Positions 1-11,625 of a stretch of 64,000 nt of DNA are shown one piece after another. The position numbers and the translations under genes were made by a program. The notes below the pieces were generated by a model that did no database searches, was not told the DNA's origin, and saw nothing but the letters and a program-made list of their open reading frames with translations. This DNA is from Sminthopsis crassicaudata (taxonomy: Eukaryota): the NCBI RefSeq assembly GCF_048593235.1, contig NC_133620.1, positions 318,633,765 through 318,697,764 of the forward strand. The letters run 5' to 3'. Each line of letters starts with the position of its first letter. Positions within the stretch are counted from its first letter, which is position 1.

Positions 1-1139
1 GGACAGGCCATTCTTTTACATATTCTTTGACTACGGATACTCTTATTACTACCCTCTCCCCTCCAGTTTTTGAAGGCCCTGTGGAGATGAGGGATAGAGG
101 ATCACTGGTTTCCCAAGGGGCACCAATTCAATCTGACTATTGCCTGGTGGGTCATGCTGCATCTTTCAAAAGGAATGCTTCATTTTCTTAATTTGCTTTA
201 CTAGAGACCCATCAGCTTTTTCATCCCTTTCTCTGGACTAACTCCAGCACTGGTGGAATAAAGTACTTGACTGTCTAGTGCTTGAAACTGTCCAAGTAAA
301 AACCCTTTGACTTTCTAAGATTAGACCTGAAGGTGGTGCTAGAGAGCAATAGGGCTTGGGAATGTTGAGTAAGAGACCTAGTGGCTGTGGAATTTATCCT
401 TGGAGGTCCTTCCTGGTCATAAAACCTCAACAAGGAGAACCAACTTGGGAGGCATTAAAAAAAAAAAAAATGGATTCAGTTCCTGCCTCTGACACATACA
501 TATTAACTCTGTTAGTCACTTAATTTCTCAGAGCCGTAGGCAAAATAAGACCCCTCCCCCCAAAAAAAACCCCAACCCAACAACAAAAAACCAACAAACC
601 CCAAGCTTTTTTAGTTCTAGAATAGCTTATGATCTGCTTTGGTGGAAGTTTGTACATCACTGAAATCACCGTCTGTACCTAACACCTGTTCTTCTTCTCT
701 CCTTAATCCTCCCCTGGAATTCATCTCCAGCCTGAAATGACTAACAAGAATTAGTTTCAAAATGTTGGGACAATAAAGAATTAAAAAGGAGAAAAGCTGG
801 TCCCAGGAGGAAATTGTGCCAAAATAGGCCTATACAAACATACATATGTATGTGTATGTACACACATACTAAAATTATATGAATTTTATTTTAAAAAATA
901 CAAAGTAAGCCAAGATGGTCTTGTCTGTGCATGAGTACAAGGGCATCAGGAAGAGTGGGAGATAACAGATAAAAAGGAATAAAAGGTTGAAGAGGGCTTG
1001 GAATTAGCAATTCTTCTGGGATGAGTTGGCAGAGTTAGTGTTTTGGAATTAATTAAAAGGAAACACTCAGATGTGGTGTTTCATAATGTAAAGCAAATAA
1101 TTTCTCAATTGGGCCTAATTTATAGACATTTTCCTCAGA

Positions 1140-1335
1140 GGCAGTTTGGCCTAGAAAGAAGATAGAGCCTATAGGACTCGGAATCAGGAAGATGTGAATT
1201 TAAATCCCACGTCAGACACTTACTAGCTGGTTTATCCTGGACGAGGCATCTAACTTCTCAGCTTCGGTTCCCAAATCTGAAAAAAAGATAATAATATCCA
1301 TAGGGTTGATGTGAGGATCAAACATATAAAGCCTG
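1140..1335 (+). mobile_element. MIR-like CORE-SINE
   Basis: ggaatcaggaaga..tttaaatccc..cagacacttactagctg core. Confidence 0.65.
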
Positions 1336-1437
1336 GTGCAAACCTAAAAGTGCTGTAGAAATAAAGAAAGACTAACAGTGGTGGTGGTGGTGGTAGTTGA
1401 TGACTGTGTGTGGCATGGTGGACTGGTGCCCTCCAGA

Positions 1438-1571
1438 NNNNNNNNNNNNNNNNNNNNNNNNNNNNNNNNNNNNNNNNNNNNNNNNNNNNNNNNNNNNNNN
1501 NNNNNNNNNNNNNNNNNNNNNNNNNNNNNNNNNNNNNNNNNNNNNNNNNNNNNNNNNNNNNNNNNNNNNNN
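1438..1571. other. Assembly gap (N run); further gaps at 4470-4600, 30434-30564, 30593-30721, 57639-57817 and 58699-58890
   Basis: Runs of N; content unknown. Confidence 0.99.
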
Positions 1572-2615
1572 CTCCGTCCTCTCCCTGGGGGTCACCCTCA
1601 CCATAGCAAAGATTTATCTTTTTTTTTTTTTTTTTCCCCAATTCTTTCCATTTGAAACATGAGACTGAAGCTCTCCCCTGGGAGTCCAAGTCTGGAACAC
1701 CTCCTAGCACAACTAGGTAATGACCGACTCTTTGCGGTAAGTTTCCGAGCCTCTTATCTTAATTAACCTTATCTAGATGAGAAGACTAATGGGGACAATA
1801 AAGCTATTATCTATCCTCCCCTAACTTGTTCGAGGCACTAGGTAAGTGCATAATAAAGGCACCGTGCCTGGCACTCAGCAGGCGCTTAGTAGATGCTTGA
1901 ACCTGACTTTGGGGCCTTTCTTGGGATGAATAAACGCTTGCAGACTATTGGTCTGTCTTTGTATCCTCATGGCTCGGCTCGAGACCTGGCACACAGCAGG
2001 CGCTTAATGCTTGTTGACTTGAGAAGCGCTCCACGGAACAAATAAAGGCCAGCCGGCTAATATCACTCGAAACTGCTAAGTAGAAGAAGGGGGATACAGT
2101 CAGTCTGGGATGCCCGGTCTGGGAAGCGGGTGATTTCGGGCGCACGTGGCAGCACAGGGGACGAGTGGGAGCCCGGCCCGGCGGGGATGGCTACCCGTGC
2201 CTGCAGCCGGGGCACGATGGGGGAGGGCAGGGGCCCTGCCGCCCACTCTCCCAGCTCCTCCAGGAAAGCCCAGAGTTTGTCTACTTCGCAAAGTGCTTCT
2301 CTTTCACTCCCCAGTGCGGCCCCTCCCTCCCCTCTGCTCCCGCTTTGCCGCATTCCCTCTCGGCTCCCCACTCCTCCTCCCCACCTTCTGCTCTCTCCTT
2401 CCTGCCGCACCAGGCCCCCTCCGTCCCCACCCCCAGGCAGGCTGGTACCGAGCGCCCTCAGCCTTTCCTCCCAATGGGCTTTAAGCCTCCTCCACGCCCC
2501 CGCCTCCTCTGCCTTTCTCCAGAAGGACACAAGCCCTGACGAATCGGTGCACGAGGACGGTCCGTTCGTCTCCGCCCCTGACGCCCTCCCCCGTTTTCTC
2601 CTCCTCTTGCTCTTC

Positions 2616-2624
2616 ACCAATCAG
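2616..2624 (+). promoter_or_regulatory. CCAAT box (NF-Y type, ACCAATCAG)
   Basis: ACCAATCAG in the CpG island upstream of exon 1, followed by a GC box GGGCGGG at 2638-2644. Confidence 0.5.
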
Positions 2625-2651
2625 AGACAGAGTGCGTGGGCGGGACGGCTG

Positions 2652-2664
2652 GTTGCTTAGCGAC
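2652..2664. promoter_or_regulatory. RFX X-box-like motif GTTGCTTAGCGAC
   Basis: Near-palindromic match to the RFX consensus GTTGC-N(2-3)-GCAAC in the proximal promoter. Confidence 0.5.
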
Positions 2665-2844
2665 GGCCGAAAGTGGGAGGAGGGAGAGCTGCCGGCAGGC
2701 CCGGGGGCGCTGCTATCCCTGGGCAAGGGGGCGGCGGCATCGGCGGAGGCAGAGGCGGTGTCGTGGTGGTAGTCGGCTCGGCAGCGGCTCGGGCGGCAGC
2801 TGCGGGCAGGAGGCGGAGCCGCGGGGCGGCGGGACTGGGGAGAC

Positions 2845-2851
2845 TATAAGA
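2845..2851 (+). promoter_or_regulatory. TATA-like element TATAAGA
   Basis: AT-rich TATA-like word in a GC-rich context, about 20 nt after a GC box (2823-2829) and about 30 nt before a pyrimidine-rich stretch (about 2874-2889) that could be the initiator. Confidence 0.4.
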
Positions 2852-2955
2852 GGTGCCGCGGGTGCTCCGCGTTCCACTCTTCTTTTTCCGGTACTCCGGG
2901 CTTCGCCTAGCCGTTGCTCCCACTCCGGTCTATGGTGCAGCCGGGACCCAGGACC

Positions 2956-3003
2956 ATGTCGCGCTCGGAAGAGGTGCACCGACTGACGGAGAATGTCTAC
3001 AAG
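2956..3003 (+). CDS. BAIAP2: BAIAP2 (IRSp53) coding exon 1, MSRSEEVHRLTENVYK
   Basis: Peptide matches the IRSp53 N-terminus (human MSLSRSEEMHRLTENVYK). Start context ACCATG; donor AAG|GTGAGC at 3004; phase 0. Confidence 0.96.
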
Positions 3004-5190
3004 GTGAGCCCGCCGCGCCTCCGGAGGGGGCAGCGCGTCCTGCCGTGCCCGCACCCGCCCTGGCGCCGGGCGCCCGCAGCCCCCGGGACCCGTGCCGCCG
3101 GCCCGTTCCCGCTCCGTGCCCCTCCGTGCCCCGGCGCAGCTGCTGTGCTCCGCTTCGCCCTGCTCCTGGCCGCCCCTGCCGCGGGGCTAATCCTCTCTTC
3201 CCCTAATTCCCTCGCCCCAGATCTGTGGGAGCTCCCGCTCCTGGAGGCTTGCTCCCCTAAGTTAGCTCCCCTCTGTCGCCCACCTCCCGAGGCGCCCGTG
3301 CCCTGGGCGGGCAGCTTCCCCAGAGCCGGGAGGTGCCCGGCGGGAGAGGCTCGTTCTGCTCACGCCCGGGGCGGCCCGCGTACGCGCCTCGTGGGGGGCA
3401 CAGGCAAAGCGGGGCGCTGTGGGGGGTGCAAAGGCAAGGAACGTGTCAGGGGCTTCCCCTCCGAGCGGCCCTGCCGCTGCCCGGGAAGCTGGGAATCCAC
3501 TTCTAAGTGCCTTTCCCAGCAGATCGAGTTCAGCTTAGGTCGAGATTTTCTCTCTGTGATCAGCCAAGCCCGCCACCTACCTACCTGTTCTTTAGTGGGC
3601 GGCTGTCCTGTGCTACTGACGCGAGGCGGACTCGGGGGTCTCTCCCAGTGCCGCTGTAGTCACAGGTGGCGCGCTGGCACGTCTGACCTTAAAGGCGGCT
3701 CTTGAGAGCGGGCGCCTTGGCCGTCGTGGTGACACTGAACTCTCGGAGTTCCCTGTGCTTCCCACAAAATCCTCCATAACTTTTTCCCCTCCGGGTGTGG
3801 GGAAGGGCTTTGTTTTTTCTGTTTTGTTTTTAGTGGTGGGGGAGGAGAAAAAATTCAGACCATCTTGTGTATAGTGAGTGTAGAGGATCATCCATTCCGT
3901 GAATAAAAAGGCAGGACAGAACATAGAAGCAAACAGAAATTTGCCAGTGGCCTAGAAAGCTACACAAAATAAGACTGGACAACATTCAGAGTAAGAATTA
4001 AGCTGTAGTTATCAGTTAACAGTTCCCAAGCGGCTGGAATTTTACTGTCTCTTCATGCCTTGCTAGGTCTTCCAACTGCTGTTATGCAAGTATTTTTTAC
4101 TTACGATTAAGATTTAATTCCTTCAGGGCTTTGTGCTGTGGGAAATTGCTAAATATTCTATTGGGGGGGGGCTTTGTGGGTAGGGGCAGATGAGTGGATG
4201 GATAATTTAGCTTATATAACTTGATGGTGGTAGTGGTGAGCCTAATTGGGGAGAAGTAATTTAAAAGCTGCTTCAGTGACAGTCAGTTCTGCTCTATCGA
4301 ATAGCCAGATAATAGTCAGATTCCTATCCTTTGACTTTTAAAATGCAGCCTCAATTCTGAACCTGCATAGCCCTGATGGATACCACTTCAGCATTTGAGC
4401 TCACCACCGCCCCAGCAAATGGGTGGTTCCAGAAACAGGAAGAAATCTCTATCATTTTTATATGTTGGANNNNNNNNNNNNNNNNNNNNNNNNNNNNNNN
4501 NNNNNNNNNNNNNNNNNNNNNNNNNNNNNNNNNNNNNNNNNNNNNNNNNNNNNNNNNNNNNNNNNNNNNNNNNNNNNNNNNNNNNNNNNNNNNNNNNNNN
4601 GCAGATCCAATCCATGGGGATCTGCTGAAAAAAAAAATAATAATTTTAGTTAGGCAAATTCCTGATCATCGGAAACATAATGCTATTCCTTTTTGTGCTG
4701 CTAGGTCTGAAGGTGAGGCAGTAGTCAGTAAGATTAGAATGGCCAGTATTTATATTGCAGTTACTGGTTTACAGCTAGCTTACCAAGTAGAATTGCAGTA
4801 CACTCACTCTCTGCAAAGCAACAGTTTTTGATTGCCAAACAGCCATGGCTGTGCCTTCTGAGTCAGTGGACTGTGAAGTAAACCCTTTTAACTCATTCTG
4901 GGGCATATTCCATGGAAGCTCCTGGGACAGCCCATTTGGTTTTTAACAAGAGTCTAAGAGACAGAATGTACTTTTAATAATTTGGCTTTTATTTCATAAA
5001 GCCCTTAAAACTGTAGCTGTAGAATTTGGAGAGAAATTTGAAGTTGATCTAGCTATCTAAATCAGTTTTGAAGACATATTAAGTCTTCTATTCCTTTGCA
5101 TAATTTCCGTGGTATCCTTTAGAAAGGATCAAGTAAGGAGTAAGCTCACTGAAGGAAACAGCTCTCTAGCTCCAATTTCTTCTCTGAAAA

Positions 5191-5305
5191 TGTGCATGTG
5201 TGCATATATGTATGTAGATATGTGGATATGTATACATATATATGTGTACACATATACACAGGTATATATACATATGTATGTGTGTATATGTGTATATAGA
5301 TATGC
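5191..5305. repeat. Degenerate (TATG/TACA)n microsatellite
   Basis: Direct inspection. Confidence 0.85.
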
Positions 5306-7261
5306 TGTTATAAGAAGGAAGTTTTATTCAGTCATTAGTGATTAACTCTGCCTGCTACTGTGATTTGGTTAAGGGGGGGGCCCCGATGGAGAAGTGTCAA
5401 AATTGTCTTCCTCCTTTTTTTTTTTCTTTGTGGGTGAACTAAAAGCAATTAAAAGCATCTTACATGCTCTATCAAATTCTATGATACACCCTAATAAAAT
5501 ATTTATAATCTTTTTATAATCTATCTATATGTTTTTAAACAGTAGCAGTTATGGCATCAAATGCTCAAAGCATGGAACTGCAATTTATTTGGGATTGTGA
5601 AGTGAAACCAGTCAAATGGTGGCAAGAAAAAATATTAGGTCCTCCTTTTGTAAGGTCATTTTGCTAAAGGCAGCAATGGCCTATCTTGGTAGAGATTAAA
5701 AATGCAAGTTTGGTGTTTATTTAGTTTGTTTCAAGGTAGAGCTTATCACTATCCAACGTAAAAGTGAGCTAAAAAGGCAATATAATTTACCAGGGTTGAA
5801 CACAAAACAACATTGCAGGTGTCAAAGGAGTTGTGTCCTATCCTGGAAACTCATATGACCCAGTAACAGCCTTGCACTACTGCTGTTTATTGGGTTGGTT
5901 GATTTTATTGTTTTTTTTTTTTTTTTTTTTTTTTTTTTGTTTGGGTTTTTTAATAACTCAATTGTTGACATGATTGTTAAATATTATAAAACTGATGCTG
6001 CTGTCTTTTTTTTTTTTTTTTAATTGGGGCCTTTGGGTTGTTGAACTGTATAGGTCTAAGTCTAACAACTTGGCATCTTGGACAAGGAGATTAAGAAATA
6101 AGGAAGCATTTCATAGATGAACTGAACCCATAGCATAGAGACCTGGGAAATTTAGTTTTCTAGGCATAGTCCTGTTACTATACAGTTTTTCTCTTGGTTC
6201 AATCCTTGGTTCCTTTAAATGCCTATTTCAATCCTTGTCTGTGATTCTCTTGTCCTATGAATGCAGTGGCTGTAGAAGTGGGACTGAAATCCTTTGAATG
6301 CTATTGTACTGTTTATTTTGGCTGTTGCATCATATCAACTGGATTTCTAAGTGGTGTGTTTGTCTTGGCAAAGAGGAAAAGCAGAGAAGCGCTTCCAAGT
6401 TCTTTCTGATTAAATATGTGAGAATAAAGTGTGTAGTTTTGATTTCCCCTAGCTTCACAGAGAAAATATAACTGAATAGTATCCTTTTTGTTAGGGTCTT
6501 GAAGCCTTTGGCATAATGTTTTTGGATTTGGGAGAAACCTGAAAAACAACCTGAGGTTTATTGGAACTAAAGTCCTGTGAGCTTGGGCAAATCACTTTCC
6601 CCTCCAAACTAAGTCAATCCTTCAAGGAGCATACAAAGCCCTCTGCAACTTGGGTTACTTTTTAAAAGTCTTGTTACCTACCACTCTCTTTCACATATTT
6701 GATTCCTCCTGCACTCATTCTGCTTTCTTCCTCAGTGGACTTGCTGAGGCAGAAATGGACTACATTTGTTCTGATGTAGAGTTCATAGCTTTCCAATATA
6801 AAAATGTGCAAATATGATGATTTACTTTATCAGGGTTGAATGGAAACAATGTTGCAGGTGTCAGAGGCCTGAGTTAAAATTGTCACTCATGTTGTTATCT
6901 ATTGTCAAGAATCTTTAGTTTCTCTTGTGCCCAAACCTTTTCTGTCTCTTGAAATTCTTCACTTTAAAGGCCCGCTTAGAACTTCTTTCACAAAATCATC
7001 TCTGAGCCTTCAGATGAAAGTAATCTCTCCCTCAAATTTCTCATAGCATTTGTACTTAATTATTTCATTTCCTTCATTCCTCCATTAGATTAGATGGTCT
7101 CTGAGAGTTGGGTGTTAGATTAGTTGGTCTGTGAGGTCCCTTTTTGATTCTAGATTCATGATCCTATGATCTCATCATTTGTTTCTGTATTGTAGATCAG
7201 GATGCTTAAAAAACAATAGAAAACCCAGCAAAACCTAATCACTTAGTAGTCATCCTTTTAA

Positions 7262-7485
7262 AGGCAGCTAGGTGGTACAGGACATTGAGTTTAGCTAGAT
7301 CTGTTGTCAGGAAGACTCATCTCCCAGAGTTCAAATCTGATAGATCTGACTTTTATTAGCTGTGTAACTCTATTTGCCTCAGGATCCTCATCTGCAAAAT
7401 GAGCTGGAGAAGGAAATGACAAAGATATTTGTCTTTGCCAAGACAACCCTGAATAGGGTCATGAAGAGTCCCAGGCAAGACTCAT
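7262..7485 (+). mobile_element. MAR1-type CORE-SINE
   Basis: ggcagctaggtgg head; core; gctggagaaggaaatg..ctttgccaag tail. Confidence 0.75.
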
Positions 7486-7949
7486 TTTCAAATGACCCAA
7501 CAACAAGCCAACCTTCTTGTCTATATTCTAAGCAGTATTGAACCTTGGGTGATTGATATTGTCTATCCCTAGGTCCATACTTAAAAGCTATCAGAACATA
7601 TAGTGGTAGCTTAGCCTTTGGGAGCCCAAGATTCCCTCCATGCTGTAATGAATGAGGCATTGGACTAGACTACAAAACAACTCTCAATTTGTGGTCTATT
7701 TCATATTTAGCAGTGATGGTAGCAGTTATGGAATATGAGGCAGAGTATGGATATATATCTTGAGATTCATATGGATCTTAACTTATCTTAACATTCATTT
7801 AGGTTTTGGTTATTTTAATGTGTATCCTTTGTCCAAAGACTAACAGTTAAAATTCTACCATTGAGAAATTGAACTATGATGAAGATAAAAGACAGTAAAA
7901 AATGTGACTAAATGGAAAGACAATGAATAAATTTTCCTTGGAAGGATGA

Positions 7950-10400
7950 ATGAGATGAGTTGGTAGTTCTACCCTAAAGCAGCAAAAAACATTATTTCAT
8001 AGGATGTTTGGTCATCTCACTTTTTCATAGTGAAGATGAACTTTGGTGAACAGAGCATCAAACAGCTTATGTGTCAATATCTTATTGCAGTGGTTGAAGT
8101 TGAGATTTTCTATGAAAAAGCTGACCAAGATCTTCCAAGCTAAGATAATGGACTTACTCAGTGGCAAGATGAAGGTGGCAATGTGGAGGGCAGCAAAAAC
8201 TATATTGTAATGTATAATTGAGTATTGAGAAGAGATAGTCCAAAAGCTTGAAGATCACTGAGAAGAAACAACACACTTTTTACATGATAAATTCTTTCTT
8301 CCAAGGAGAGAGCAGAAAGACACTAGATGAAATAAGCCTTGAATAATATTACTATAAATGAAAATAATTACTTCCTAATAGATCTGAAACAACTATAGTC
8401 AGCAATCTATTATAGATGACTGACTGGTTAGGTCTAAGGGCAAATTCAATAACAAATCAGAAAAAGGGAGAAAGATGAGATGGCACTGTCTATGAGCTGA
8501 TCATATGTGCTGTCCATTCTGAAAAATGGGAAATGGGGCAGGGGGGAGAATAAAAACTTACACAGTTTTAAAAAAGAAGTTGAACTTCAATACAAAACAA
8601 TGAAGATGCAAAAAAAAATATTCCATAGCGAGAAAACACTTTATTTCCTTGCCAGGCAGAGACATGGCAACCAAGGGCACCAGTACTAGCTAATTTGCAA
8701 AAGATTATAGAGGGGAGATTAGAAACAGTGGAAAAAAAACAGTTGAGGAGAAAATTAGCCTGCCTAGAGCTAGAGAGCTTGGTGTGAGATCTAGCTAAAC
8801 CAGGTCATCCAAAGAGCATTTATAGATGAAACTATGAGGAGACAACAGATACAAAAAAGAAGTAGAGTTGCTTTCCATAATGATTTCTTCTCATAGATGA
8901 TGATATAGTTATCACCTCATTTGGGTAAACTTCCTCTCAAGATGAGAAAGAGTTCAAACATCAGGTAAAGTTAGGAAGAGTGGTCAGATTCAAAACCATG
9001 CAAAAGAAATCTATCCTGGAGGAAACATAATTTTGAAGGCATTGAAGAATGAATTTGCAAGATATTTAATTCATTTTTAAATTTTTTTTATTTTACATAC
9101 ATACATACATACATACATTTATTTATTTATTTCTGAATCAGAGAGAAAAATCAGAACAAAAGGGAAAAACCACAAGAGGAAAATTTTTCTTAAAAAGAAG
9201 AAAAAAAGTGAACATAGCATGTATTGATTTACATGCAGTTTCCATAGTTCTCTCTCCGGATTTAATGGCATTTTCCATCCAAAGTTTATTGGGATTGCCT
9301 TTTCAAGATATTTTAAATGGGAGAAGATTTCAAAAAGATGGAAAAGATTGGAAGTTAGAAAAATAAAAAGTGTTCAAAAAAATCAACCACTATTGTATCT
9401 ATATGCTTGCTTTCTCATTTACATAGAATATTTGTGTAAGGACATCCTTGAGGAAAATATGAGAAAGAAACAACCAGGTTTCTCTCTGTAGTTTTCTATA
9501 GTAAATTATACCTCCAGTCATGTAACTGACAGAGATAGAAAATGAGATCCTATTGCAGCTATTTATTTCAAAAAACTTTTACTTAGCTGAACAATATGCA
9601 GTTTTAAAGTCTCTAAGCAAGATATCTATTACATATATTAAAAGCAATCTATTAGAGATATTGTTGTTCATTGATTTGCTGCCAATTCCATTAACCTCAA
9701 CTTCAAAACCAAAACAAAGAGCTGTGCTATGGCGACTATCTGGGAGGTTGTTCTGCATGGAGCCCAAGTAAAAGAGGAATTCTTTATCAATGGTAAAGTC
9801 TTCCAGATAATTCCATTTACAAATGAGTTTGTGCTTATGAGCAGGCTCTTTACACTGGAAAAGTAAAGTTGGTTAAAAAAAAATGCACTTTGCTCAGATT
9901 ACAACATTCGATGTAAAAGTCAGTTCCCTGAGTTAATGAGAGACAGACACAGACACACACACACACATACTCACAGAGAAGCTAGAGCATGTGTGTATGT
10001 GTAAATTTATAAAAACTTGGGTGATTACTGTAAATGGATACTGCATTTTGAACCAGAATCAAACAACAGAGAGAAACTAGCTGAATTGAACTTGGAAAAC
10101 TGCACAGAACATTTGATGTTCTTTGCCACAAGACCTATCTAGAAACCTTCTAGCTCAGAATTGTAGAGCTTCACACTCTGAATCAAACTGTAGGTGACCT
10201 AAAAGACAATGACAAGCTGTAAGCAGACTGCAGATTATTGGCTGCTATGATTTTTGTGGAAAATAGCATGTGAAGGATATATTAAGGCTACATGTGACTG
10301 AGAAAGGTAATTGAACTAGTCATGTAATAATAGTGAGTGGATGATACACAGTCAGACTCAGTGCTATATCACTAACTATTGGAGGCCTTCCTCTGGTTCT
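7950..10400 (+). mobile_element. Highly decayed RTE-clade LINE interrupted by an L1 3' fragment (about 9080-9300) and microsatellites
   Basis: Scattered remnants resembling the RTE endonuclease (VEIFYEK), the RT DD-I-V-I region (about 8895-8915) and the RTE 3' ORF end (about 10075-10395). Recognised by eye; boundaries approximate. Confidence 0.5.
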
Positions 10401-10439
10401 TTTAACTTCTACTTCTAGACTTAACTAGACTATTACAGT

Positions 10440-11625
10440 TACTGATGAGTATGCTGACTTTGTGAAAAATGGCTTAGGACAGCTGTGTGTGATGGAACAT
10501 TTTGTTCCTTAGGAGCTGAGCACAATTTCTCTGGAAAGGTGTGTTCAGTCCTGTACGAATGATTGGAGGAGGTAATAGATACCTGCCTCTCTGACCTATA
10601 TACTTCATCAGCATAGTGTGGAGGAGGCTGCTGGAAATGGAGAACCAAGGAGTGCCTCCAATGCATTTGGTAGATCCATTTAGGAGAATTTAGGGCATCT
10701 AGGTGATGCTGTGGATAGAGTGCCAGGCCTAGAATCAGAAAGACTCATCTCTCTTAGTTCAAATATGACAAATATGACATTTACCAGTTGTCTGACCCTG
10801 GGCAAGTCTTAATCCTTTTTACCTCAGTTCCCTCATTTGTAAAATGAACTGAAAAAATAAATAGCAAACAACTCTAGTATCTTTGCCAAGAAAACCCCAA
10901 GAAGAGCTCAACATGACTGGAAAGTGACTGAATTATGGAGAATTAATAGATATACTTAGTTAAGAGTCACATGGGATGAGAAAGCACAAATGAGTTTCTA
11001 TATTGGAAGGATATTCAAACTGGTGTGATCATTGATATATCAAAGTTCCTTGAACATGATTGGTGCCAAATGTTTGTTGAAAATTGTTCTTGGGTATGTG
11101 GACGCAGATGACTTTGAGTGTGGCATTTCATCCTGTCATGTTTGGGAAGCTGCTTTCTTGTCAATCACTTGCTTTCCTATGAACTGAGAAATCATTTTGG
11201 TAATGTGCTTTTGAGGTTACTTCTGAAAAATATTGCCATTTCTGGCATAATGACCAACTCTTGCCTCAAGTAAATGTGTTACTCTGAATATACCAGCTGT
11301 ATACAAACTGGCAGGATCTGAGTCAGACTGGTTGTATCTTTGGTTCATTTTCAGCGTGAATTTGAGTTTGACCTCCATGAGTAGCTATAACCTATAGGCT
11401 GAATTTCTTTTGACGCTGGTAGTGGGTATTTTAACTTTATGGAAAATGCCTCAGGACAGCCGCATGTGATGTGGGAATTTGCTCCTTGGGAGCTGAATAC
11501 AATTTCTTTGGAAAGGTATGTTGTCTTGTGTTAGTGATTGGAGAGGCAAGAGAATACCTGTTTCTCTGACCTATACTTTATCAACACTGTGAGGGGGAGG
11601 CAGCCAGCTTGCAGTAATGGAAAGA
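10440..11625 (+). repeat. Two paralogous ~180-nt segments (about 10465-10650 and 11440-11615) of an RTE-related non-autonomous repeat; the first copy is split by a SINE
   Basis: Shared text aggacagc..gtgatg..gagctga.(c/t)acaatttct.tggaaagg..gattggag..tacctg..tctctgacctata; the first copy continues into an RTE-like 3' tail. Family not named. Confidence 0.5.
10692..10935 (+). mobile_element. MAR1-type CORE-SINE
   Basis: tRNA-like head, core (ctcagttccctcatttgtaaaatg) and gtatctttgccaagaaaacccc tail. Confidence 0.8.

Larger units (their letters stand above)
2060..3730. promoter_or_regulatory. BAIAP2: CpG island spanning the BAIAP2 promoter, exon 1 and the start of intron 1
   Basis: Abrupt switch to very GC- and CpG-rich sequence against an AT-rich, CpG-depleted background; contains the first coding exon. 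Boundaries approximate. Confidence 0.92.

Noticed and set aside
2063-2660. Overlapping 176-185 aa ORFs on both strands in the CpG island
   Set aside because: Low-complexity Pro/Gly/Arg/Ser translations are expected from high GC; no recognisable domain.
2914-3705. 263-aa ORF containing the BAIAP2 start
   Set aside because: Only 2956-3003 (possibly from 2932) matches IRSp53; a consensus donor follows at 3004 and the rest is stop-poor GC-rich intron.
9724-9736. X-box-like GTGCTATGGCGAC in intron 1
   Set aside because: One base short of the consensus spacing and lies within decayed RTE-derived sequence; no supporting context.
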